Notes: generated by a model from the letters alone, not told the origin. Counted from the stretch's first letter, positions 18,901-25,349 are shown. The stretch: DNA of 32,000 nt from an uncultured archaeon (GCA_963704435.1 OY969902.1:1-32000); one strand, 5' to 3'. Translations and numbers: made by a program.

Positions 18901-19017
18901 CAGGCTTTCGGGACCAACCGCATACTGGTCGCAGGCTACTACGCGAACCAGACAGTGCAGGCCGGAAACCAGTTCATCCAGGCCCTGCTGGCCTCTGCGG
19001 CTAACGGCGGCCACTGA
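15979..19017 (+). CDS. S-layer-like surface glycoprotein (secreted, no membrane anchor)
   Basis: 1012 aa with the signal peptide MNRLNAKRIGVLAASLLFGMAVAG. It is Thr/Ser/Asn/Gly/Val-rich, and only about 5% of residues are charged by my count. I count 17 N-x-S/T sequons. The N-terminal QIVVGSQAQASDGVVVANIAAVIG and C-terminal LVVVGSKYVNSVAAQI blocks resemble archaeal S-layer N- and C-terminal domain motifs by eye. The gene is monocistronic, with its own TATA box and a strong hairpin plus T-run terminator. Confidence 0.65.
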   Translation: MNRLNAKRIGVLAASLLFGMAVAGPVSFSNIPIINSAGQPVVQIVVGSQAQASDGVVVANIAAVIGNLAYTSTPITATVSGTSNVKCAVTTPSCTLTNQQVSLGESGVVAPTGTYGFTALIGSILNGATILSAPVSTKSLQSFSSNGYGFPQTTAIQTSPYPSPYSTGNYVPNPSGGVSTSNGGGVQFSTFTSGTVDNILQIQHAQLPALLSNYGTYGESESLWITGFPVFDQQNTVNNFAIFDMGGAYQATFNKPVPLSTSNSAANAQIKLLGQNWVIVGGTYPSGTSYTTTGTVAGGTLLLAQSLVNKTTVYVGHNLTSGPWVVQLTDLGQTVNNANPASLSIYYKGVLTNTTSIAPSSNKTFNVTGNRLIVYVGSTFAGLYAYQKWAQLQLYSNIFPLSNGQKYNASVNQGWTTRLLWTNATSSGAANALQSIIFFNNSMSNPVLPGGSLNYMTSPAAYKVTFVGDTLGSASYDPVTFAVSSQGNQNYKNNAGTQAASSDATSSVYSVVNVNSMWGTGNALPATILQENVTSINEPAQMLTVTSSIPNAFTVGAVQSGTISYDLSPYQLTEANVVNTLASGANILGTAILVTGGASNLISTSGQLTITVSGYKSVSGQSTPTQVTTVAQVTNSKSGVPTVTMSSNSIMDYVTNIGLSQAIPGLQVVVTEMASGNPSNTVTLATLAPITTPYALYTQSSQTYMSTAVGTSILYNQQNGQSSNSFSLVQTGTGAGTGWGNANTISGVSSRYFTMNVPEYNVPSQVSSVDQIAIGIWNNTIAGGSQLFQLNMSPVGNRNNVTYYTGTGGAGTVTGVYAPTGFRTERGSKVASITPTSVTLNLATNVDGLQFIVGPANVTAATTTKKIVGPYGVGQTTNIANVTIANVTATCAFSTTSCSVTGLANVTATSSASSALTPVALNTASTPIAVLDSNSNAASTLVVVGSKYVNSVAAQIFSQNPSLSNTFGPSSVVVQAFGTNRILVAGYYANQTVQAGNQFIQALLASAANGGH

Positions 19018-19037
19018 AGGTCACGGCTGACAGTCTT

Positions 19038-19081
19038 AGGGAGGAGGCTTTTGCCTCCTTCCTTTCTCTTTTTTTGTTTTT
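19038..19081 (+). terminator. Hairpin plus oligo-T transcription terminator of the S-layer-like gene
   Basis: An 11-bp stem (19038-19048 AGGGAGGAGGC pairing with 19053-19063 GCCTCCTTCCT, one G-U pair) with a TTTT loop. T-runs follow at 19069-19075 (T7) and 19077-19081 (T5). Confidence 0.7.
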
Positions 19082-19216
19082 AAGGTCCCCCAGCGCAAGC
19101 GGGCCGCAGTTCCGTTTAAGGGTGTCCGGAATCTCATAGAAAAGCGCAGTATTTCCCATCCAGAGCGGCCTCCGCAACCCCTAAAGCACCCTGACTTCCC
19201 TCGGATTCCACTAACC

Positions 19217-19224
19217 TATTTAAA
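19217..19224 (+). promoter_or_regulatory. TATA-box candidate for the 19262-21911 operon
   Basis: TATTTAAA, about 38 nt upstream of ATG 19262. Confidence 0.45.
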
Positions 19225-19261
19225 GTTTCACATCGAATACGTCTCACAACCAGTTGATAAG

Positions 19262-21313
19262 ATGGGCTCGAGGTTGACGTTCGCATTGCTGTTCGCAGTC
19301 GCAATCATTCCAGGGATGCTAGGCGCATACTCGATGAAGGGCGTGGACTCGCTCCTCTCGGGCTACAGCGTGCCCAACTCGCTCGTCAGCTCGCTGTCCC
19401 CAGTTAACCTCACCCTCGCGGGAAGCTCCTACGTCGCGCTGTACAAGGGCGGCGCGCTCTACTTCCTCGTCAACGTGACCCGCGGCAACTACTCGCTCGT
19501 GACGAACGCAAGCAGCATATACTCCGTAATCCGGAACCGCACGATAAGCGCCGCGCTCGCGCAGGCGAACCCATCCGCGCTCTCCGCGCAGATGAAGCGG
19601 TATCAGGCCTCATCGGCGCAGCCGCTGGGCGACTGCCTCTTCGAGACCGGCCTGTCCCAGGGCGCCACGTGCACGATGCAGAACAACTGCGCCTCGTGCC
19701 AGTCGATACCCGTCTGCTTCGCCGCGATGTTCAACAACTCGGAGATCCTGGAGCCGGCGATACAGACATTCGCGAGCCAGTACGCCTGGATGAACCAGAG
19801 CTTCAATGAGTTCTATTCCGCGGCGAACTCCCTCAGCGCCGGCAACGCCAACGCGAAGATCCCGATAATGAATGCGGCATTCCTCAACATCACCAACCTG
19901 ACCGAGAACATATACCAGAACGCCCTCTTCTCCCCTCCGTCGAACTTCACGTCAACCTCGTTCTCGAGCTGCAACTACGCCGCCAACCCCTCCACGCTGC
20001 CGTGGTACTGCGTGGCGATCGGCTTCTGCATGAACCCCACCTACAACTACACCAAGCTAGCGTACATAAACAGCGGCCTTAGCGCGCTCGGAGCCCTGCC
20101 GATATCAAACAACCAGGTTCTCGCCATAGCGACCAACACCAGCAGCACGGAGAACGGATACGTCGCCACCATCATCGCCGGGCAGAAGCGCGCGCAGCTG
20201 TCAGCGATGCTCAACAGCACCATACCGGGGTACGCCGCGCTGGTCAGCAGCTCGGCCTCGGTGCTGGCCCGCATCCCCAACCAGGCGCTGCTCAACGCGC
20301 TTACCGCGTTCGAGGCGACCTACGCAGGCGCCACGGCCAACTATTCCACCGCCAATATCACCGCCGAGGGCGTGACGCTGGCCAGCGAGTATGCGGCCCT
20401 GAAGGGCGCGTACGCCGCGGTAAACGGCACCTACTCGTCGCTCATTTCGAACTCGTCCAGCAACACGGCGAAGCTGATCGAACTGCAGCTCGGGGGCTCC
20501 TCATCGCAGGAGATAGGAAACCTCGCGTTCGAGCAGTTCAGCCTCAACAGCGCGATAGCTTCCGGCGGATCGGCCAACATCCTTGCGCTAAACGCCGAGG
20601 AGGCATCGATATCGCGCAGCCTGTCCTCGTACTACGTCAGCCCGGTGGACCTAGTGGGGATCGCAAGGTACTTCGACGGCCCGTTCGTAACGCTCATCGC
20701 ACCGGCACTGGGCCTCGGCTACTCTAGCGCGGTGTCGCTAGCGCCGGCCCTTGGCGCGCTGCTGTCGCTGATAATCGGCGCGGTCGTGTTCGCCCTGCTG
20801 TTCGTGTACAGGTCGCGCCTCCACTCGCACCACAAGGTCGCGCTCAACCGCAAGACCAGGAGGAACTGGAACATCGTCTTCGCGCTGCTGGCAGCGCTCA
20901 TCCTGGTCTACGCCGGGCTCACGGCCCTGCTGGTGTCCTACGCCAACGCGTCCGCGCCTATCGGCGCGTTCAACGGCGCGCTGAAGTCGTCGGGATCGCT
21001 GGTCGTGGTCCTCAACGGCACCGCTACGCAGGCAATGCAGTCGTGCGCAGGCAAGATAGAGGCGCAGGCGCAGCTCGAGGGTAAGAAGATCATCCAGGCA
21101 ACGTTCTCTGACGGAATCTGCAGCGCCGACAATATCACGGCCTCGGAAGGCACGTGCATGGGCACGTACGCGGACCGCGGGACTCCCATGGTGATACTCA
21201 CCAGCGCAACGAGCCCCGGAATCGGCGTCTACTCGCTGTACGGCACCGAGCTCATGGCAAGCGGAAGCGATGCGGTAATGGGCACGTGCTACGTTTCTTC
21301 TCTCATAGGGTGA
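19262..21313 (+). CDS. Membrane-anchored surface glycoprotein of unknown family; candidate S-layer anchor/stalk
   Basis: 683 aa with the signal peptide RLTFALLFAVAIIPGMLGA. About 480 aa of ectodomain includes a Cys-rich patch (GDCLFE...TCTMQNNCASCQSIPVC) and an Ala-rich, helical-looking region. Two TM helices (LAPALGALLSLIIGAVVFALLFVY and IVFALLAALILVYAGLTALLVSY) flank the basic loop RSRLHSHHKVALNRKTRRN. A 123-aa four-Cys C-terminal ectodomain follows. I count 20 N-x-S/T sequons. Confidence 0.7.
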   Translation: MGSRLTFALLFAVAIIPGMLGAYSMKGVDSLLSGYSVPNSLVSSLSPVNLTLAGSSYVALYKGGALYFLVNVTRGNYSLVTNASSIYSVIRNRTISAALAQANPSALSAQMKRYQASSAQPLGDCLFETGLSQGATCTMQNNCASCQSIPVCFAAMFNNSEILEPAIQTFASQYAWMNQSFNEFYSAANSLSAGNANAKIPIMNAAFLNITNLTENIYQNALFSPPSNFTSTSFSSCNYAANPSTLPWYCVAIGFCMNPTYNYTKLAYINSGLSALGALPISNNQVLAIATNTSSTENGYVATIIAGQKRAQLSAMLNSTIPGYAALVSSSASVLARIPNQALLNALTAFEATYAGATANYSTANITAEGVTLASEYAALKGAYAAVNGTYSSLISNSSSNTAKLIELQLGGSSSQEIGNLAFEQFSLNSAIASGGSANILALNAEEASISRSLSSYYVSPVDLVGIARYFDGPFVTLIAPALGLGYSSAVSLAPALGALLSLIIGAVVFALLFVYRSRLHSHHKVALNRKTRRNWNIVFALLAALILVYAGLTALLVSYANASAPIGAFNGALKSSGSLVVVLNGTATQAMQSCAGKIEAQAQLEGKKIIQATFSDGICSADNITASEGTCMGTYADRGTPMVILTSATSPGIGVYSLYGTELMASGSDAVMGTCYVSSLIG

Positions 21314-21317
21314 TCCG

Positions 21318-21911
21318 ATGGCGGACAAGAAAGGCAAGAAGCAGGCTGCGGCGGACAGGAAGCCGACCGCAAGGGCAGTAGCCCGAGAGCGGAAGGAGGC
21401 CAAGCCCGCGCAGGTGGCCGCCACATCACGGATGAGGCTCCTGTTCACCGTCGCGCTAGCGATCGTCGCAGTCATCGCCGTGTTCGCGGTGTTCCTCTTC
21501 GCGCTCCGCGGGACTGCCATCAATGTTCCTTTCTCTACGTTCAAGGCGAACTTCGATGCGGCGCCAAGGGTCGCGGTGTTCGTCACGTACCTCAACCAGA
21601 CGCAGTACACCTTGGAGTTCCACTGCTCCAGCTACCTTGTCCAGTCGATAGCCTCGTCCAGGAACGTGAGCATAGACTTCTACGTGATGAACGGCACGAG
21701 CTGCACCTTCTCACCTACAGGGGTTGGCCACACGATCAACGGCACCGAGACGAAGGCCGCGAGCTACTGCACGGCCCTCGAGGGCAACGAGCCGAGCATA
21801 CTCCTTAACTACGCGCCGCTGAACCTCACGCTCATCAGGGCGTACGAGCTCACGGTCTACGGGAACGCGGCTTACATGGCGAGCTGCCCGATTGCCGTCG
21901 ACATACACTAG
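21318..21911 (+). CDS. Single-pass (N-in) membrane glycoprotein with a four-Cys ectodomain paralogous to the C-terminus of the upstream protein
   Basis: 197 aa with the Lys/Arg-rich tail MADKKGKKQAAADRKPTARAVARERKEAKP and the TM helix LLFTVALAIVAVIAVFAVFLFAL. The ectodomain has 5 sequons and 4 Cys. The start lies 4 nt after the upstream stop, so the two genes form an operon. Confidence 0.65.
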   Translation: MADKKGKKQAAADRKPTARAVARERKEAKPAQVAATSRMRLLFTVALAIVAVIAVFAVFLFALRGTAINVPFSTFKANFDAAPRVAVFVTYLNQTQYTLEFHCSSYLVQSIASSRNVSIDFYVMNGTSCTFSPTGVGHTINGTETKAASYCTALEGNEPSILLNYAPLNLTLIRAYELTVYGNAAYMASCPIAVDIH

Positions 21912-21983
21912 CGGCTGCAGAGGCGCTGTGACTCCATATTGTAACGCTTAAGCGGAGTCTTTAATATCAATGCTCTACCTTAG

Positions 21984-22169
21984 ATGTCTATGGCAATTAG
22001 GGAAGCTGAGAAGATGCACACAGCGGTAGGAAGAGGCGTTATGCTAAAGGTACGCGCAGCCGAAGGCCTAAAAGCATATAAAGAATTCATGAAGTTCCTA
22101 ACAAACGAGGATTTGAAAAATATAGATAGGAGCGTAAAGGAGTTTCACACTAAGTTTAGATTTGGCTGA
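21984..22169 (+). CDS. Small hypothetical protein (61 aa), uncertain
   Basis: An ORF with low GC relative to its neighbours and a TATA-like CTTTAATATC about 20 nt upstream. There is no recognisable motif. Its 3' end overlaps the convergent hjc-like ORF by 14 nt. Confidence 0.3.
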   Translation: MSMAIREAEKMHTAVGRGVMLKVRAAEGLKAYKEFMKFLTNEDLKNIDRSVKEFHTKFRFG

Positions 22170-22662
22170 CTGAATGGCTGCTCAGAGCTTCTTCTACGCT
22201 CAACATTCTTCTTCCTCCTTTTATTTCCTTATCGATTCTGTCAAGCTTTTTGCTAACCAAGGCTTCTTCGCTTGGGAACACATCCTCAAGCTTCCTGTTC
22301 GACTGGAGCACCTTCCTCCTCGTTATGTTCCAGTTGTCAGTGCCTCCCTTCTCGAACTCGGACAGCTCTATGAAGTACCAGCCCTCGCCCTTCATGCGCC
22401 AGGCCACGAACGTGGGGAACGCGCCGTTGTCCCTCCAGAACAGCAGCTTCCTGTACTGGTCCCCGTCCAGCGCCAGGCTGGTGCTGTCCCAGGCCTTGCA
22501 CTCCAGGGACACGCACTTCCCGCCCTTTATCGCTATCAGGTCCGGGCTTATCGCGTTCACTCCCGAGCCCGCGCTCCTGGTCACGGACCAGCCCTTGCCG
22601 TCGAGTATGTTGAGCAGCTCCCGCTCGCTCCTGGCCCCCTTCTCGTACCTCCTGATCGCCAT
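22156..22662 (-). CDS. hjc: Holliday junction resolvase Hjc, with a C-terminal extension
   Basis: From ATG 22662 the protein reads MAIRRYEKGARSERELLNILDGKGWSVTRSAGSG...PDLIAIKGGKCVSLECK. This carries the Hjc nuclease signature (E, D, E-x-K) in the canonical order. The track ORF start at 22815 adds 51 non-homologous residues and lies upstream of the TATA box. Confidence 0.8.
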   Translation of the reverse strand: MAIRRYEKGARSERELLNILDGKGWSVTRSAGSGVNAISPDLIAIKGGKCVSLECKAWDSTSLALDGDQYRKLLFWRDNGAFPTFVAWRMKGEGWYFIELSEFEKGGTDNWNITRRKVLQSNRKLEDVFPSEEALVSKKLDRIDKEIKGGRRMLSVEEALSSHSVSQI

Positions 22663-22680
22663 GGATGTGGCTTGCGGTTC

Positions 22681-22691
22681 AAAATATATAA
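22681..22691 (-). promoter_or_regulatory. TATA-box candidate for hjc
   Basis: The minus strand reads TTATATATTTT, centred about 24 nt upstream of ATG 22662. This implies a leaderless or near-leaderless mRNA. Confidence 0.5.
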
Positions 22692-22946
22692 GCGTTTTGT
22701 GCCCTCCGAGCGCGTTTGGCAGCGCTGGCCGGCTCCCCGTAGGCAACGTATTTAACCCTTTCCTACCCATTAGTTCCGTAGCTAACGGCTCAGGTGCTGG
22801 GATATGCCGCTTCATATTTCATTCGGTTTCTATAGAAAACTGTCTCTAACCGACGGTATCGTGTGAACTCCTCCTAGCCGCAGCTTCGCAGTGATGGATT
22901 GCAGCCTGAACAGAGAGATGCAGCAAGGGCGAGGCAGGTCTCGGGC

Positions 22947-23285
22947 ATGCTCGAGGCGCTTCGGAAGGGCACCGTCGTGGTAGAGGGAATGCACGACGTA
23001 AGGACCCTGGAGCGCCTGGGCATAGGGTCCACGGCCTACTCGAAGCTCGCTACCTCGCTTCCCGACGTGGGCAGGACGGTGTACGTCCTTACCGACAACG
23101 ACAGGGGAGGGGAGGAGAAGAAGCGGAAGATAATGGCGATACTTCTCGAATCGGACAAGAGGTACGCCATAGACGACACCCTCGGCCGCCGGCTGCTCCG
23201 GATGCTCAACTCCACTAGCGTTGAGCAGGTGTACGGTCCGATAGAGGAGGTAATGGGAAGGAGGGAAGGCAAAAAACGAAAGTGA
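22947..23285 (+). CDS. Small Toprim-domain protein (RNase M5 / small primase-like class)
   Basis: It carries the Toprim Glu in VVVEGMHDVRTLERLGI and DxD in VYVLTDNDRGGEEKK. I prefer ATG 22947; the track start at 22899 is a TTG. The stop lies 4 nt before the dnaG start. Confidence 0.7.
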   Translation: MLEALRKGTVVVEGMHDVRTLERLGIGSTAYSKLATSLPDVGRTVYVLTDNDRGGEEKKRKIMAILLESDKRYAIDDTLGRRLLRMLNSTSVEQVYGPIEEVMGRREGKKRK

Positions 23286-23289
23286 TCTA

Positions 23290-24795
23290 ATGGCAAAAAC
23301 GTATTTGGACATTGTGAAGTACATGGTGGTGGCGAAGTTCACCATCGACGGCCTGGTGGACAAGCCCGACATAATCGGAGCGGTCTTCGGGCAGACGGAA
23401 GGCCTGCTCGGCGACGACCTCGACCTGAGGGAGCTGCAGAAGGGTGGCAAGATCGGCAGGATAGAGATAGAGGTCTCGCCTTCGGGGAGCAAGACCTACG
23501 GCAGGCTGCTGCTGCCGGCGTCGCTGGACCGCGTCGAGACCTGCATACTCGGCGCAGCCGTCGAATCAGTCGACCGCGTAGGCCCGTTCGAAGCCAAGTT
23601 CTTGGTCGAGAAGGTCGAGGACACGAGGGCCGCGAAGCGCATGAAGATACTCGAGAGGGCGAAGGGCCTGATGAAGCAGCTGCTGAGCACCGAGATACCT
23701 GACAGCAAGGAGCTGGCGGAGATGGTCCAGCGGGAGGTCAAGTCTAGCGAGATAACGACATACGGTCCGGAGAAGCTCCCTGCGGGGCCGGACGTCGGGA
23801 AGGCCGACGACGTGATAATAGTCGAGGGCAGGGCCGATGTCATAACGCTGCTGAAGAACGACATAACCAACGCGATAGCAGTGGGAGGGGCCACGTCGAA
23901 CATACCCCCGAGCATAATCAAGCTCGCGACCGAGAAGGAATCGACGATATTCGTCGACGGGGACAGGGGCGGGGACCTGGTCATAAGGTCGCTGCTCAAT
24001 GCGGTCGAGTTCGACTTCGCCACCAAGGCGCCTGACGGGAAGGAGGTCGAGGAGCTAACCCGTAAGGAGATAATAAAGGCGCTGCGCTCCCGGGTGCCCG
24101 TGGACCAGCTCGGCAAGAGCAGGGAACGCGACGCGAACAGCCACAGGGACCACAGGGATCGCAGGGACGAAAGGGATGGCAGGGACAACAGGGATTCAAG
24201 GCACGGCCCGTACGGGGGAGCGCGGCAGCCGCTGCCTCCGCCGCCAGTGAGGCCGCCGATGCCTCCGTCCCAGGAGGGGCCGGATCAGTTCCCGCAGCAG
24301 CCGCAGTTCGGTCCGGAGGGCAGGCAGGGCCAGAGCGACTCCGACTTCATGGATTCCGGAGAGGCTCCGCATCTCAAGGACATCAGGAGCGACACCGACG
24401 AGGAGGAGGCCTCCGACGAGGGCGCGCTGCAGAGGATTGAGCCGTCGCGCATGGGCAGGCCGGAAGGCGAGCCCATGCCCAGGCCCGCGCTGGAGAGCGT
24501 GCTGCTGGGCCAGCTGGCCAACGGCCTCACGGACCTTTCCGGGACGCTGAGGAGCAGGCTCTACTCGTCTGACGGAAGCGTGGTAAAGGAAGTCCCGATA
24601 AGGGAGCTCCTCTCCGTGCTGCAGGACGCGAGGTCGACCTATGCGGTGGTGCTGGACGGGGTGATAACCCAGAGGCTGGTCGAGCTGTCGCTCGAGAAGG
24701 GCGTGAAGGCCATATACGGAGTCAGGGCGAACCCGATGCCAAGGAGGCATCCCGAGCTGATACTCTACACGAAGGAGCAGGGCAGGATAGAATGA
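23290..24795 (+). CDS. dnaG: Archaeal DnaG primase (Toprim), with a long low-complexity insert
   Basis: The N-terminus KYMVVAKFTIDGLVDKPDIIGAVFGQTEGLLGDDLDLRELQKGGKIGRIEIEV is the hallmark archaeal DnaG block. The Toprim domain is IIVEGRADVITL ... IFVDGDRGGDLV. A conserved C-terminal region (YAVVLDGVITQRLVELS) follows an R/D- and Pro-rich insert of about 125 aa. Confidence 0.9.
   Translation: MAKTYLDIVKYMVVAKFTIDGLVDKPDIIGAVFGQTEGLLGDDLDLRELQKGGKIGRIEIEVSPSGSKTYGRLLLPASLDRVETCILGAAVESVDRVGPFEAKFLVEKVEDTRAAKRMKILERAKGLMKQLLSTEIPDSKELAEMVQREVKSSEITTYGPEKLPAGPDVGKADDVIIVEGRADVITLLKNDITNAIAVGGATSNIPPSIIKLATEKESTIFVDGDRGGDLVIRSLLNAVEFDFATKAPDGKEVEELTRKEIIKALRSRVPVDQLGKSRERDANSHRDHRDRRDERDGRDNRDSRHGPYGGARQPLPPPPVRPPMPPSQEGPDQFPQQPQFGPEGRQGQSDSDFMDSGEAPHLKDIRSDTDEEEASDEGALQRIEPSRMGRPEGEPMPRPALESVLLGQLANGLTDLSGTLRSRLYSSDGSVVKEVPIRELLSVLQDARSTYAVVLDGVITQRLVELSLEKGVKAIYGVRANPMPRRHPELILYTKEQGRIE
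24142..24204 (+). repeat. Seven tandem 9-bp units (NNN-AGG-GAY) inside dnaG
   Basis: CACAGGGAC CACAGGGAT CGCAGGGAC GAAAGGGAT GGCAGGGAC AACAGGGAT TCAAGGCAC. The units are in frame and encode HRD HRD RRD ERD GRD NRD SRH. Confidence 0.85.
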
Positions 24796-24885
24796 GCGAA
24801 GCGCGTAGGCGCAGGGTCAGCTGACCGGCCCTGCTCTCAACGACAAATATATTAAATGAGAATCCGCAATTAATCTGGTGGTGTC

Positions 24886-25092
24886 TTGAAGGGAAAATTC
24901 ACGATAATAATAACTAAAGGCGAAGTCGCTTTCGTCGCATATTGCCAGGAACTTGGCATAGCAAGCCAAGGAAAGACCGTAAGGGAGGCGAAGAAGAACG
25001 TAGCTGAGGCAATATCTCTTTATCTGGAAGAGGCAAAAGACTCAAAACTTGCAAAAAGGCGTCTTCCGCTGGTCGCAACAATAAGCGTCTGA
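24886..25092 (+). CDS. hicB: HicB-family antitoxin
   Basis: 68 aa. FTIIITKGEVAFVAYCQELGIASQGKTVREAKKNVAEAISLYLEE matches the HicB/UPF0150 N-terminal fold pattern. It has a TTG start preceded by GGTGGTG and sits immediately upstream of hicA. Confidence 0.75.
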   Translation: MKGKFTIIITKGEVAFVAYCQELGIASQGKTVREAKKNVAEAISLYLEEAKDSKLAKRRLPLVATISV

Positions 25093-25102
25093 GGTAGTCG
25101 CG

Positions 25103-25330
25103 ATGCCCAAGCTGCCCGTGCTTTCTGCGGCCGAGGTATTGAAGGTCCTGACTAAGGAAGGATTCAGCATATCGAGGCAGCGGGGAAGTCACATAATTCT
25201 CATAAAGTTCGTAAATGGCAAAAAGAGAATAGTAGTTGTGCCTTCTCACAGGGAGCTGGATCCCGGAACACTGCTTTCTATAATATCGCAATCAGGACTT
25301 ACGAAAGACGATTTCTTGAAATTGCTGTAG
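25103..25330 (+). CDS. hicA: HicA-family mRNA interferase toxin
   Basis: 75 aa. The blocks are KVLTKEGFSISRQRGSHIIL (the HicA G-S-H motif) and VVVPSHRELDPGTLLSIISQSGL. Confidence 0.8.
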   Translation: MPKLPVLSAAEVLKVLTKEGFSISRQRGSHIILIKFVNGKKRIVVVPSHRELDPGTLLSIISQSGLTKDDFLKLL

Positions 25331-25349
25331 CTCGCGCTATTCGCATTCA

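Noticed and set aside
16626-19030. Numerous 60-190-aa ORFs in other frames or on the other strand inside the S-layer-like gene (for example 17142-17705 and 17934-18377)
   Set aside because: They are nested in a 3-kb ORF with a coherent signal peptide, composition and promoter/terminator. No independent support exists for any of them.
20738-21610. 290-aa minus-strand ORF
   Set aside because: It is antisense to two well-supported membrane-protein genes. Its Arg/Ala-rich composition is typical of shadow ORFs in GC-rich coding DNA.
22663-22815. 51-codon N-terminal extension of the hjc track ORF
   Set aside because: The Hjc homology begins at the Met at 22662. A TATA-like box lies at 22681-22691, inside the proposed extension.
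22174-23492. Track ORFs 22174-22755(+), 22250-22849(+) and 22830-23492(-)
   Set aside because: They are antisense or alternate-frame to the hjc, small Toprim and dnaG genes, all of which have diagnostic motifs.
24118-24490. Intein or mobile insertion inside dnaG
   Set aside because: The insert is low-complexity, being R/D repeats followed by Pro/Gln-rich and acidic tracts. It has no intein splicing blocks or homing-endonuclease motifs.
23496-24750. Track ORFs 23496-24188(-), 24196-24750(-) and smaller ones antisense to dnaG
   Set aside because: They are Ser/Arg/Pro-rich antisense shadows of a confidently identified dnaG.
24811-24834. Hairpin GCAGGG...CCCTGC after the dnaG stop as a terminator
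   Set aside because: It has only a 6-bp stem with a 12-nt loop and no following T-run, which is not enough to call a terminator.
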